DNA from: a virus
Lineage: Duplodnaviria > Caudoviricetes
IMG/VR virus record: IMGVR_UViG_3300020179_000026
Location: 1,990 to 65,989 of that record
Length of the DNA stretch: 64,000 nt
Direction: 5' to 3' (one strand)
Within the stretch, counting starts at the first letter, position 1. Every line of letters begins with the position of its first letter. This document shows positions 39,088 to 49,180 of the stretch, piece by piece. Below the pieces are notes generated by a model that worked only from the letters and a program-made list of their open reading frames with translations, did not search any database and was not told the origin of the DNA. Position numbers and translations under genes: made by a program.

Positions 39088-39455
39088 AAATTAACGTTTT
39101 TTTGAATAATATTCAATATGGTTGCCAAATAATTTCTTTTTATTACTTTTAATTCGGTTCCAGGTTCCACAAATTTTATTGGATTGGTGATTTTATTTAC
39201 AAGACATATGAACCACCACAAGTCTATGCTTCCATATTGTTCATAACTTATTGTGGTCCAAGGAACCCTACGATTAACTTTTATTACATAATAAAACTGC
39301 TTATCAATTAATTCAGGAACAACAATATTATTTAAAATATTATAAAAATAAATAGAATTACCATCTTTATATAATTTAAAAATATTTTCGTATCGGGAAG
39401 GATTCAAAGGATCCAAATCAGGTATATCATTTTGTTGTTGGCCCAGATCAATCAT
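39084..39455 (-). CDS. gp53: baseplate wedge protein (LysM-like)
   Basis: ISYEQYGSIDLWWFICLVNKI.NP. Confidence 0.85.
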   Translation of the reverse strand: MIDLGQQQNDIPDLDPLNPSRYENIFKLYKDGNSIYFYNILNNIVVPELIDKQFYYVIKVNRRVPWTTISYEQYGSIDLWWFICLVNKITNPIKFVEPGTELKVIKRNYLATILNIIQKNVNL

Positions 39456-39457
39456 GA

Positions 39458-40690
39458 TTATATACCTCCTGTTGAGGTTACAGTAACAGGATCCGCATTA
39501 AGGGATGTGTATAAAAAGTTACGAGTTTCTGCCACAAGTCCCTTGAGTGTTATTTGCACAGTGTATCCGTCCGGAATGATTGTATTCACTTTGTTTTGAC
39601 CTTGACCCAAGCTGCTTTCATCCTTGAAAGTTATTTCCATGGGACGACGGGATCCCACAAATTGAACTTCCAAACGACTGACGTACGCATATGGCATATA
39701 TTTGTGACCCGGCAATGAAACTTCATAAATTACCGGAGGTTCAATCAAGTCCCGGGTAAAACGTATGGGTCGATTTTGGTAAACCAAAAGATAAATCAAC
39801 TGCCAATTTCTAATAACATCCTTGTATGTAGCGTGTCCTGTGTTTAAAAGAGGAAATGCCACGGTAATTTCATCTCCGCTGTCTTGAAATTGATAAAATT
39901 TTGGTTTTTCAATATATGTACCGGGTTCCATGATATTCATTGTACCTGATACATCTTCTGCAATGTTTCTTGAACCTTCCACAAGAGAAGCAGCTCCTAA
40001 TGCTGTGACACCTTCCCCTATGCCACCCACATTTTGGTCACCAAAATCGTTGGCTACTCCATTTTGATAATCCTCAAAATAAGGGAATGTATATTCCCAT
40101 CCGGTTGGTTCGGTTATGTAAAGTCCTTCATAAACACGTAAAACACTTCTGGCCCCATCAGATCGAGGAAGACTAAACAATCCTTCGCCTCCTAAAAAAT
40201 TTCCAAACTTTTCTTTGGCTGCACCAATGGTGGCACCAAGCTTATCTATGGTGCTTCCTACTGGACCTGACTGGAGAAAATTTTGAACTTTTTGTAATTG
40301 TTCGCTTATTCTTCCTTGTGCTGCAGCATCTACCGATCTTCCAGCCCGTTGAATTAATCCGGTTTTATCAAATAAACCTATGGTCATGGAATTATAAGCA
40401 GCTTGGGCTATGAGTGCGTTGGTTTTAAGACGTTTTTCACTCAAGGATATGTAAGGAACTTCTTGTCTTTTTGTCAAAGGAGTGTGAGTCCAATAAAAAC
40501 CGTTGATAACATCCACTGGAAACTTGTCTCCCACACGCAATCTTTGAGTGGATCCCGGAGCAATCGAAGAACTTACTGAATATCCGGCCCCAACCAAAAC
40601 AGGAGGAGCGGAATCACCAGTTGTGTCCCGACCCTCAAAATTAATAGGGTTATCAGAAAACTTCCATATATCTCCTACAAAGCTTGACAT
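39458..40690 (-). CDS. baseplate tail-tube cap/initiator (gp48-like)
   Basis: Tube-fold-like F.L.N, PPVIYEV..PG, AYVSRLEV; sits between tape measure and gp53. Confidence 0.55.
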   Translation of the reverse strand: MSSFVGDIWKFSDNPINFEGRDTTGDSAPPVLVGAGYSVSSSIAPGSTQRLRVGDKFPVDVINGFYWTHTPLTKRQEVPYISLSEKRLKTNALIAQAAYNSMTIGLFDKTGLIQRAGRSVDAAAQGRISEQLQKVQNFLQSGPVGSTIDKLGATIGAAKEKFGNFLGGEGLFSLPRSDGARSVLRVYEGLYITEPTGWEYTFPYFEDYQNGVANDFGDQNVGGIGEGVTALGAASLVEGSRNIAEDVSGTMNIMEPGTYIEKPKFYQFQDSGDEITVAFPLLNTGHATYKDVIRNWQLIYLLVYQNRPIRFTRDLIEPPVIYEVSLPGHKYMPYAYVSRLEVQFVGSRRPMEITFKDESSLGQGQNKVNTIIPDGYTVQITLKGLVAETRNFLYTSLNADPVTVTSTGGI

Positions 40691-40692
40691 GA

Positions 40693-42525
40693 TTAATCAC
40701 TTTCCCGGTGATATCTTCTCAGGTCAGACACCGATGTTGATTGTGGAAAACTATTCATGGAATTTTGAGTCACCACATTGTTTACTATGTTTCTATTATT
40801 TGCCATTTGTTCCATCAGCATGTCAAATTTTTGATTAAGATTTTTAAATTCCCTCAATTGATCCACTGCTATTTTATTGTTTACATTTCCTGTTTTGTTC
40901 AGTGTTTCCACTTGGTCCCCAAACATGGAAAATGCTTCACTGGTATTGTCTTCTTGCGTTGAAAAAAGATCTTCAATATTTGCAGAAGCAACATTATTTT
41001 TTCCTGTAATATCGGTCATTTTGGGAGTTGATGTAACGATAGGAGCCGGTCCTGATATTTCAGCCACAGTTGATTCAGTTGCGATGGCTTTTAGTTCATC
41101 GGCAACTTTTTTCATGAAAGGTATTTTTGAAATTTTTTCGGCAAGAGACTTTATTCCTTCTAAAATCATGCTAAAAAAACTTTTAATGTAACCAAAAACT
41201 TTGGAAACAATAGAACCTATTCCTTTCATCAAGGGAATTGCATATTCAAAAACTTTTTTGAAAGCCACAAATGCAAGATAAACTGGACCTCCCAAAGCTT
41301 TGAATAAAAAGTTTAGGATGGGGCTTAATTTTCCGTCCACTGAGCTGAAAAAATCTTTTAACCCTCCAAAAATTTTTCCTATTCTTTTGAATATTTCTTC
41401 CCTGAATTTACCAAGATCAAATTTATCAAAAAATTCCATTATTTTTTGTCCTAATTCTTTATTGAACCATCCTACGATCCAACCCACAATCTTACCGGGT
41501 ATGGAAATAAGAATGGAAAGAAGTTGGTCTTGTATGGCTTGCAGCCCCTGCAACCATTTTCCTTCTCGGAAAGGTTTGAATATGGCTTCTATCCGATCCC
41601 GGATGGTTTCAAATTTAAAAAGATCCAATCCAAAAATTTCAAAAAAATCAAAAAAGTTCAAAATTCCTTGTGTAAATCCTGTAATTAGTTTTTGAAGAAA
41701 TGATTTATCTTTTAATTTTGGATCTGTAAAAGCTTGAACTAATCCAACTATGGTTTCAAAAATAACCAGAACCGGTCCCAAAAGTTTTCCAAAAAGTCTT
41801 CCCACTTTTATTGCTATTTGAAAAACTTTAGAAGCAACCCGTACGTAATCTTCAATAAGTTTAAACACCACAGGAAATTTTTTCATCATTTGCATCACCA
41901 ACAACGGACCTTTTCCGGCTTCAATAACCTTAAAAATTCTTCCTACTGTATCAAAAAACTTAGATATAGGTTTTATAATATTTTTATCCAACAACCCTCC
42001 AATAAACTTTACAAATTTTATTTCACGTATGGGTTTTAGTATCTCCAAAAATTTTAATTTAAGGGCAGAAAAAATATCCTTTATGAATTTTCCCAGTTTT
42101 GTTTCGCTCAAAAATAGGTTCAATCCTTTTAAAATTTTTCCTATTTGAGCAATAGCTCCGGCTATAATTCCAGCCAATAGTGCAAGTGCACCTAGAATCA
42201 TTTTCAACCACTTATTTGATGCTTCTTCAATTTTTGCAAAAGTTGGAGAAAGAACAAGATCTTCTACTTCCTTGCTTTTAAATTCGGGACGACCTACTTT
42301 TTCCTCTCCTTTGGGAAACACGATATCTTTTATGGATCGGGCAAGAATTTTGGACATGGTTTCCCACCGGCGCTTTTCCGTGGTGGAAAGTGTTGAGGAA
42401 AGCTTATCGTCCTCGCCTATGATGGTATCTTCTTTTCCTTCCTTTTTTCCTTGGGTGAAGGAAGCCAGTCTATCTACAGTTTCAGAAAGAGTTTTTAAGA
42501 GATTGATCGTCTCATCACTTGTCAT
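40693..42525 (-). CDS. tape measure protein (gp29-like)
   Basis: Long amphipathic/hydrophobic helical repeats, N-rich C-terminus NNRNIVNNVVTQN, position in hub run. Confidence 0.7.
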   Translation of the reverse strand: MTSDETINLLKTLSETVDRLASFTQGKKEGKEDTIIGEDDKLSSTLSTTEKRRWETMSKILARSIKDIVFPKGEEKVGRPEFKSKEVEDLVLSPTFAKIEEASNKWLKMILGALALLAGIIAGAIAQIGKILKGLNLFLSETKLGKFIKDIFSALKLKFLEILKPIREIKFVKFIGGLLDKNIIKPISKFFDTVGRIFKVIEAGKGPLLVMQMMKKFPVVFKLIEDYVRVASKVFQIAIKVGRLFGKLLGPVLVIFETIVGLVQAFTDPKLKDKSFLQKLITGFTQGILNFFDFFEIFGLDLFKFETIRDRIEAIFKPFREGKWLQGLQAIQDQLLSILISIPGKIVGWIVGWFNKELGQKIMEFFDKFDLGKFREEIFKRIGKIFGGLKDFFSSVDGKLSPILNFLFKALGGPVYLAFVAFKKVFEYAIPLMKGIGSIVSKVFGYIKSFFSMILEGIKSLAEKISKIPFMKKVADELKAIATESTVAEISGPAPIVTSTPKMTDITGKNNVASANIEDLFSTQEDNTSEAFSMFGDQVETLNKTGNVNNKIAVDQLREFKNLNQKFDMLMEQMANNRNIVNNVVTQNSMNSFPQSTSVSDLRRYHRESD

Positions 42526-42552
42526 CCAAAATATTTAGTAAAAAAATACTTT

Positions 42553-43329
42553 TTAGACGTTGGAGAAGAAACTCGTATCTAGATTCAAATCAACAGTTTG
42601 CTCGCCTATTTTCTGGCTGGTTATATTATTTTCTAAATTTTTGATATTTGAAATAAATCCCAGTATTTTCTGAACAAGCGAAGCCGTAAGACTTTCCACT
42701 GTGCGGATGTTCTGGGCTATAGTCTGTCCTTTAAGATCCAAAACTATTGGTTCTTTTTCAGTAAGTTCGATGGTTGTTATGTATTTGGCCAGTTCCAGTA
42801 TGTAAATTTCACTTAGAAGCTTTTGAATCTTGGAATCGTTCTCAAATTCAGCAGAGCGATACTTCAGATAAGAATCCAGAATTTTGTTTTCCTCCTCAAT
42901 CGAAGGAACACTGCAATTCACGGTTATTGGACCCTGTGTAAAAGTTTCTTTATATTTTATTTCCGTGTTTTTGTCAAAATTATCCAGTATTTTTTGAAGA
43001 TTTACCTCTATGGTTTCACCATCCTTATCAACTTTTTGAACGGGGCCAAACGAATGTACTCGAAGAGCCATGATGATCAGAGCCCGATCACTCACAAGTA
43101 AGCTTTTGTCCTCGCTATTCTCCAAAAGAATGCTGTTGATCACCTTTGGATACAGAAATGCAGCCTTGGAACCGGATGCAGCCGCTTCAATAAGATCCTT
43201 TTGTTGCTTTGCAGTGAGCGGTGTGAACTTGCCAGTTTCTTTTTTGCTCAGAATATAACAGTCCGCTTTATCTGACGCTGAATATTCCTTTAATTTGCTT
43301 AAAACCTTGTCTAAATTCAATTCTGCCAT
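42553..43329 (-). CDS. gp26: baseplate hub assembly protein
   Basis: FTPLTAKQQKDL, DRALIIMALRVHSFG, PSI motifs. Confidence 0.7.
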   Translation of the reverse strand: MAELNLDKVLSKLKEYSASDKADCYILSKKETGKFTPLTAKQQKDLIEAAASGSKAAFLYPKVINSILLENSEDKSLLVSDRALIIMALRVHSFGPVQKVDKDGETIEVNLQKILDNFDKNTEIKYKETFTQGPITVNCSVPSIEEENKILDSYLKYRSAEFENDSKIQKLLSEIYILELAKYITTIELTEKEPIVLDLKGQTIAQNIRTVESLTASLVQKILGFISNIKNLENNITSQKIGEQTVDLNLDTSFFSNV

Positions 43330-43350
43330 ATAATTAATTAACCCAGAGTT

Positions 43351-44202
43351 TTATTTTTCAATACCATTTTTCTTTTGCATCTGTTCTATGGTGTCCAATT
43401 CTTTTTTATATAAATTCAAGTGCAGTTCTGCCTCAATTATTGTCATATTTTTAAGATCAGACAGGGAAAAACGCAACCTTCTTATCAAAATATACTCCAA
43501 TTCATAGATGCTCATCAGGTCATAATTGAAAATTGACACAAGATATTGTACAAGAGATTCATTGTAAGGATTTAATTTTATATTTTTAAAATCTTTGATG
43601 TCCATGTCCTCAAAGAGACACGTATTTTCAAAAATTTTAACTATTTTTTGTGTAAATTTTATAATTTCCCCGGAAAAGCTGGCATCCAAACTCTGCAGTA
43701 CCCTGTCCTTGTCATAAGGAGTCAGTTCAGAGAAGTTTATGTTGTCTTTGCCTATCTTCAGGGTGCGAATATTACGGCTTATAACGTCAAAATTCTCGTC
43801 CGGAAGCAGATTGTGAGGCAATCCCATGCATAATTCCAGATTTTTGTTACAAACATACTGATCATCACATTCTTTTATCAGGGATGAAAAGTTTAAAATC
43901 CGATTTATGTTGTGTTTGTAAACAACTGGATCGCCCTTTTCATTTCGACCCTCCAATTTTACAGTATCCCCGTAACAATAAGAACGTAACTGACAAAGAA
44001 TGGGCAACATGTCCAACACGTGATAACTTTTGGGTTCCACTGCAAGAGTGTTTACAAGGTTTTCCACACACTTGGAAAATCCTATCACGTCGTTGTTTTT
44101 TATGTATTTGCTTATGGTTTTGCTTGTTTGGAAATCAATTTCCCGGAAATACTCGTACTTTCCTGTTGAAGGTATGAGAACCTTGCAAAGAAAACTTTTC
44201 AT
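43351..44202 (-). CDS. gp51: baseplate hub assembly catalyst
   Basis: gp26-like N-terminal part (LCQLRSYCYG) plus C-terminal FSLSDLKNMT..EAELHL. Confidence 0.7.
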   Translation of the reverse strand: MKSFLCKVLIPSTGKYEYFREIDFQTSKTISKYIKNNDVIGFSKCVENLVNTLAVEPKSYHVLDMLPILCQLRSYCYGDTVKLEGRNEKGDPVVYKHNINRILNFSSLIKECDDQYVCNKNLELCMGLPHNLLPDENFDVISRNIRTLKIGKDNINFSELTPYDKDRVLQSLDASFSGEIIKFTQKIVKIFENTCLFEDMDIKDFKNIKLNPYNESLVQYLVSIFNYDLMSIYELEYILIRRLRFSLSDLKNMTIIEAELHLNLYKKELDTIEQMQKKNGIEK

Positions 44203-44204
44203 AA

Positions 44205-45128
44205 TTAAAAGAATCCAGCTATATTGGTGGGTAGATTCCCTGTAGTGAAGCTGTTGCCCTGTTGGAACGGTGAAACATTCGGAATTGTTCCTGTGCTGAT
44301 GCGATTAATGATGTTGGGCAGGGCCAAATAAAGATTGGAATGCACGGTATAATTTGTATAAGTCCAAAAAGTTTGATATTTTTCATATTCAGTGTCGGGA
44401 GAATAGCTTAAACTTTGATCGCTCAGTCCAATCGGAACGCAATTGTAAAAAGTCCAAACCTTACGAGGTATTTGACTTATTCTTTGATATGATCTTGTGT
44501 ATTGAAGAATAGTTATTGTTGATTTTATGTTGCGCTGATCGTTTTCTCCACCCTCACGGGCCACAAAACCATAGTGACTGGCCAAAATCACCCAGGGACG
44601 AATCACCATGTCCATGAAAGAAGTGTTGGTTTCCCGAAATTCTATGACCAACGGCAAGCCCGTATAATCCGTTCGGTTGCCAGCCAATACCCCAGGAATA
44701 AATCCCCGGTTATTTTTTATGGCCAAACTTTGAACATCGAACTTTTCGTTGGGGATGTTCACACCTTGTGCAAAAAGACAGCCAATAACCTTCTGATAAA
44801 AGTAGCTGGTGAGAATTCCTTTTGGTTGAGAAATGTCCCAACCTTTTCGAGCACCATCTGTATACTCCAAGTTTTGTATGATATCACTGGAAATGGCCCG
44901 GGGATAAGGATCAATCAAAACAACCCATTGGCTGTTCATGGGTATGGAACTGAACCAACTTTCCATTTGCACAAGGAAATACTCCTGTGCGCTGATTAGG
45001 GGAACACCGGGTATATTAAATCCGAAAAGACTGCTTATCTGGGGCGCGAAAAGAGGATTTTGTCCGTTGGCAAGACCCCGGACATTGTCACTCAAGCCAC
45101 GAATGGCGTCTGTTATGGGGTTATTAAT
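44205..45128 (-). CDS. tail-tube initiator / tube paralog (gp54-like); start ATT 45128 or TTG 45095
   Basis: Tube-fold pattern IEFRET...PW, ITILQY, WTFYNCVPI.LS...LSY; directly after gp19. Confidence 0.65.
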   Translation of the reverse strand: MNNPITDAIRGLSDNVRGLANGQNPLFAPQISSLFGFNIPGVPLISAQEYFLVQMESWFSSIPMNSQWVVLIDPYPRAISSDIIQNLEYTDGARKGWDISQPKGILTSYFYQKVIGCLFAQGVNIPNEKFDVQSLAIKNNRGFIPGVLAGNRTDYTGLPLVIEFRETNTSFMDMVIRPWVILASHYGFVAREGGENDQRNIKSTITILQYTRSYQRISQIPRKVWTFYNCVPIGLSDQSLSYSPDTEYEKYQTFWTYTNYTVHSNLYLALPNIINRISTGTIPNVSPFQQGNSFTTGNLPTNIAGFF

Positions 45129-45138
45129 ATCATTATCC

Positions 45139-45157
45139 TCCCCTAATATTTAGGGGA
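45139..45157 (-). promoter_or_regulatory. hairpin overlapping the TAAATA box and the Shine-Dalgarno of the gp54-like gene
   Basis: TCCCCTAA-ATA-TTAGGGGA perfect 8-bp inverted repeat running into GGAGG. Confidence 0.6.
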
Positions 45158-45162
45158 TGGTA

Positions 45163-45714
45163 TTAGCTTTGAAAGGTGCGGCGGAAGTACTGATAAGCAA
45201 CCGTCATTGTGAATGTCACAAATTCACCACCGTTGGTGATATCATATTCCAGCGGGCCAAGGGTACGAGGAGATACCCCGACCAGCTGGTATTGTGCAAC
45301 GCGGTTCAGCTGGTTGTCCAACTGAACAAGATCAATGACGGATGTTTGCTTGGCCGCAAAATAGTTGCCGGTGCTGGTGACATCATCAAACACGTCCCGG
45401 GTCCAATTCTGGAATTTTTGATAAAGTTGCGTTTTTTGATCGCAATAGAATTCCATGCTGTAACCTTCACTGCCGGTGTATTTGGCACTGCCCGGGATGT
45501 GGAAATCCAACCCCATATAAGGAACAGTCACTTCAGTGATTTCACGGCCGGGAAGTGTTGCGGTACGAACATAAACCAGATCATCTTCGTTATAGACTTG
45601 GCTGCTGCTGTCACCCGGATTGATGTTGATTACACGAAAATTAAACTTACGAGCGAAATCACGTTCAGTTACTACCCGGTAGAAATTTTGAATTGTCTGT
45701 TGTGTATCGGCCAT
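45163..45714 (-). CDS. gp19: tail tube protein
   Basis: TATLPGREI..V.VPYMG..F.IPG, F.NW, LVQLD, Y.L.GV.P, FT.T.AYQYF. Confidence 0.9.
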   Translation of the reverse strand: MADTQQTIQNFYRVVTERDFARKFNFRVININPGDSSSQVYNEDDLVYVRTATLPGREITEVTVPYMGLDFHIPGSAKYTGSEGYSMEFYCDQKTQLYQKFQNWTRDVFDDVTSTGNYFAAKQTSVIDLVQLDNQLNRVAQYQLVGVSPRTLGPLEYDITNGGEFVTFTMTVAYQYFRRTFQS

Positions 45715-45723
45715 ATAATATAT

Positions 45724-46122
45724 TTATTCCAAAGTTAACAAATACTTTAATTTATTTAGATCTGCAACGATTTCTTCCACAATGTTTTGGGCATCGGTAT
45801 CATTTGGATTCAAAATCGGACACTCTTTATTTGTAAAAACTCCTATGTATTGGTTTATTTTTGCCAAAATATTTTCAACTGAATAAGGTTCCAATGTCAA
45901 ATTCAAGGGACGATATTCAAAGTTGCGATAACGGCCCAGAAGCGTTTCCACCAATTTATCAAAGCTTTTTCCCAGGTCCTTTCCGATCTTGTCGAAAGCT
46001 TCATGCTGGGCAAAACTGAATGTTTGCCAGTGAAAAAGCTTCAGTTGGGCACTGCATTCCAAAGCCGCATGAATAATAACTGTGGGATCATATCCAGCCT
46101 GTATTTTAATGACCTTTATCAC
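45724..46122 (-). CDS. ferritin/Dps-like protein (DUF5856-like); start revised to GTG 46122
   Basis: QLKLFHWQT.SFAQHEAFD...DKLVE...G and LNKLKYLLTL; TATAAATA at 46128-46135. Confidence 0.8.
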   Translation of the reverse strand: MIKVIKIQAGYDPTVIIHAALECSAQLKLFHWQTFSFAQHEAFDKIGKDLGKSFDKLVETLLGRYRNFEYRPLNLTLEPYSVENILAKINQYIGVFTNKECPILNPNDTDAQNIVEEIVADLNKLKYLLTLE

Positions 46123-46139
46123 GTTAGTATTTATAATAA

Positions 46140-46167
46140 AACACCCCGCTTTCAACGGCGGGGTGTT
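46140..46167 (-). terminator. rho-independent terminator after gp18
   Basis: AACACCCCGC...GCGGGGTGTT inverted repeat followed by TTTATT on the minus strand. Confidence 0.8.
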
Positions 46168-46189
46168 CTATAATTTTTATGTTATTCGA

Positions 46190-48562
46190 TTAGGAAACCA
46201 GCTCTTGGAAGTCTTGTCCGGTCCTTGTGGCATAGAAGTTAACAAGGATGAACTCGGCTGCCCTGACAGGTTTAATGTATATGTCCACGACTAGTTCGTT
46301 TTGATCTATAACGTCAGGCGTATTATTTCTTTCGTCACAGATAATCAAGTAGTCGTATACACCCTGTGTATTCTTGGCCAATTCGAATATCGGTGTCAGA
46401 ACGTTTATGACTTGCGTTCTTGTGAACAAAGTATTCGGTTCGAACAAGAAGAACTTGATGGTGTTCCTTGTGGCCACTTCCAGGTACAAAAACAATCGAC
46501 GCACGTTGATACGATCAAACGCACTGGGTTTCTTTAGCAGGGTTTTTTGACCGAAAATCACAAAACCCTCGGCTGGGAAGAATGCTACCGGATTTATATT
46601 GATCTTATATAGTTGATCCCGATGTTTCTGGGTAGGGTAAATTGGAAGATCGTTGACACCCAGCAAAACGCCACGTGTGAATCCGGCCGGGGCAAACCAC
46701 GGCTGGAAATTATCGTCTGTGTTGGCCATGGCTGCACCAGCAAAACCGGAGAATGGCACATAAGTTTGTTTACCCAGACCGTCATCATACACCTTGGGGA
46801 AGGTAGCATAGGTACAGGCATAACTGCTGTTCAGCAGGCTGTACAAGTGACGGAGCGGCCAATAAATGTGTTGATTGAAATTCTTTGTTTCATCATCAAT
46901 TACCTTGGCATTTTCACCTTGCACAAAAATGTTTCGTAGGGGATCTGCCACAAACAGATGATCCTTTCGGACATTTTGAGCGAAATTGGTGTATACACTG
47001 GCAACCGTGTTATAGTTTTCACGGATGCTTAGAGCATTTCCATCAAGGGCTTCGTTATTTGTTTTGTAGAAACCATCCATGTCCAGAGGAATAGTGTCAT
47101 CAAAAACATCAGCTCCGCTTAGAGTTTGAACGTTGTACCTAGAAGCAGCAAACACCGTTCCCAATCCACCTTCCAGAGTAAGACTAAGATTGTAAAGATC
47201 AGGATTTTCCAGAAGTGTAAACACACGCTCCAATTTTGTGGGGACACTACCAATCAGCTTTTTGTCTGCCACGGTAGTGTCAAATGCACCAAAGCTGTGA
47301 ATAGCGTCTGCCCTGCGAATGATTCCAGCACTTAAAATTCCATTAACAATTCCACTGGGGGCACCTACACGTGTTTCATAGGTTTGTTGAGTATCAACAA
47401 ATCCATCACTGTTATAAGGTATGCCAAGATTAGGATTCAGTAGACGAACCTTCTTACTGGGATTGCCCCCGCTGTTGAGCCATGTTTTTGTATTGCGATT
47501 AGTAATAAAGGAATTGATGAACACAGTCATGTTTGGACTGTCATCTTCCCTTGTACCTAGATAAAAAGTTACCGGAGGTCCGCCTGCTTCGCTGTTGATT
47601 TGACGCCAGTAATCCAAGCTACCGGTGTAGCTTTCGGAAAGAGTATAATCCAGTGTGATGACATCCGGAGAAAACACGCTTTGACGCAACTTGAACAAAC
47701 CCACAATCAAGGTGTCATCAAACTGTCGTGTGCTAATGTCAAAAGTAGGAATATTTTCCATGACCTCACTGACGCTGTTGCCCAGACCAAATTGTGTGGC
47801 ACTTAGAGGAAAGTTCAGACGAGTGCGAGGAACATTTAAAAAGTTAGAGGTAAATCCAGTCTTGGAATCGACGCTTTTAACCTGACTGATTCCGTCAAAT
47901 CGAGTAGCCGGATTCAGATTAGTGTTGTCAATTATTCCCAGATAATAACCTTCAAACTTTTCGTTGATGCTGGTTTGAGCCTTGTTTAAGACTATCATAC
48001 CGGCATTGGCCAATTGTGTAAGTTTATTGCTCCCGGTGGAGTTAAAGGTGAATTGTGTCGGCTCGTTTTTCCAATTTGTGAAAGCCTCACCGTTTAATAT
48101 GCTTTGATATTCTTCAGAAGTCAGTTCAATATGAGTGGGTTGACCTAAGAAATAGGTGTGAGCCGCAGACAATCCGATACCTGACAAATTGGGAGAAACA
48201 AATTCATTTTCGTTGAAATACGCACCTTTATACGATGTTACTGGGTATACCAAAGCAGAATAAGAATCCGTAAATCCCACTCCACTGCCGCTACCATAGG
48301 GCATACGGCTGATTAAAACCTCTGCCTGACTCTGGAACATGGATTTAACCGTATGATAAAAATAACGTTCCGCTGCATTGGTAGGCTTACCATAAATTTG
48401 TTCAAATTCGCTCAAACTTGTGGGTTGTAGAATTTCGTCAATAGGACCTTGTGGTGCAAAACCAGGTATCAAAACCGTTGTGGGTACGTTAATTACTGGT
48501 CGCAAAGAAAGATCAACTTCATTAATTTCAACTCCGGGACTTTGAATTGTACGCTTTGGCAT
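46190..48562 (-). CDS. gp18: tail sheath protein
   Basis: SPGVEINEVDLS, PWFAPAGFTRG, FGQKTL...SAFDRINVRRLF, FEPN..FTR, CDERNNTPDVID, IKPVRAAEFI; TATAAATA at 48569-48576. Confidence 0.97.
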   Translation of the reverse strand: MPKRTIQSPGVEINEVDLSLRPVINVPTTVLIPGFAPQGPIDEILQPTSLSEFEQIYGKPTNAAERYFYHTVKSMFQSQAEVLISRMPYGSGSGVGFTDSYSALVYPVTSYKGAYFNENEFVSPNLSGIGLSAAHTYFLGQPTHIELTSEEYQSILNGEAFTNWKNEPTQFTFNSTGSNKLTQLANAGMIVLNKAQTSINEKFEGYYLGIIDNTNLNPATRFDGISQVKSVDSKTGFTSNFLNVPRTRLNFPLSATQFGLGNSVSEVMENIPTFDISTRQFDDTLIVGLFKLRQSVFSPDVITLDYTLSESYTGSLDYWRQINSEAGGPPVTFYLGTREDDSPNMTVFINSFITNRNTKTWLNSGGNPSKKVRLLNPNLGIPYNSDGFVDTQQTYETRVGAPSGIVNGILSAGIIRRADAIHSFGAFDTTVADKKLIGSVPTKLERVFTLLENPDLYNLSLTLEGGLGTVFAASRYNVQTLSGADVFDDTIPLDMDGFYKTNNEALDGNALSIRENYNTVASVYTNFAQNVRKDHLFVADPLRNIFVQGENAKVIDDETKNFNQHIYWPLRHLYSLLNSSYACTYATFPKVYDDGLGKQTYVPFSGFAGAAMANTDDNFQPWFAPAGFTRGVLLGVNDLPIYPTQKHRDQLYKININPVAFFPAEGFVIFGQKTLLKKPSAFDRINVRRLFLYLEVATRNTIKFFLFEPNTLFTRTQVINVLTPIFELAKNTQGVYDYLIICDERNNTPDVIDQNELVVDIYIKPVRAAEFILVNFYATRTGQDFQELVS

Positions 48563-48602
48563 ATAAATTATTTATATTTTTTCGGAAATTTTTTTCCTTT
48601 AT

Positions 48603-49172
48603 TTATATCAAAGTTGCATGGAACTGAAAGAAACTAAAGGTGAAGGCACTTTCAGCTTCACTGCTGTCCCGATAATTGTAATTAATTCCCCCTAATTCAA
48701 CAGGTATGGCTCCGGTATAATCAAACTTTATTTTGTTATTATTATATTCGTCTAAACCATAAACTGTTATGGTTGTGCTATAATCTCCTAATTTTGGATC
48801 ATTGTTCGGATTTCTGGCATTGGGTATGCCCACTTTATCGTCATTAAGCATTTTCAACCAACTATATATGAACCAATAATTATTAAATAAATTATCCACA
48901 GTGAAATTAACTGCCACATTTTCATAACTGGGCCGTTCATAACTGGTAACTTTCATGACTTGACCGGCATATTTGGTTTCCACTTCAGGAACCTTGATGG
49001 TGGGAACCACCATGCCATAAATTGAAAATTGAAAAGATTGCAGATTAACACCCCGATTGTTTCGTTCATATTGGTTCAGATAAGGTTTCAATATATCCGG
49101 AGGTGTGACCACCATGATAAATTTGTCGCGACGTGTCTTGTTGAGCATCGCCTGATCGTAAAAAGCTGCCAT
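48603..49172 (-). CDS. gp3: tail tube terminator / tail completion protein (start revised to MAAFYDQ)
   Basis: YENVAVNFTVDNLFNNYWFIYSWL; F..A.PVELGGI.Y; TAAATA 5 nt upstream. Confidence 0.75.
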   Translation of the reverse strand: MAAFYDQAMLNKTRRDKFIMVVTPPDILKPYLNQYERNNRGVNLQSFQFSIYGMVVPTIKVPEVETKYAGQVMKVTSYERPSYENVAVNFTVDNLFNNYWFIYSWLKMLNDDKVGIPNARNPNNDPKLGDYSTTITVYGLDEYNNNKIKFDYTGAIPVELGGINYNYRDSSEAESAFTFSFFQFHATLI

Positions 49173-49180
49173 AGTATTAT

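Noticed and set aside
45157-45738. 193-aa plus-strand ORF
   Set aside because: Antisense shadow of gp19 with no recognisable motifs
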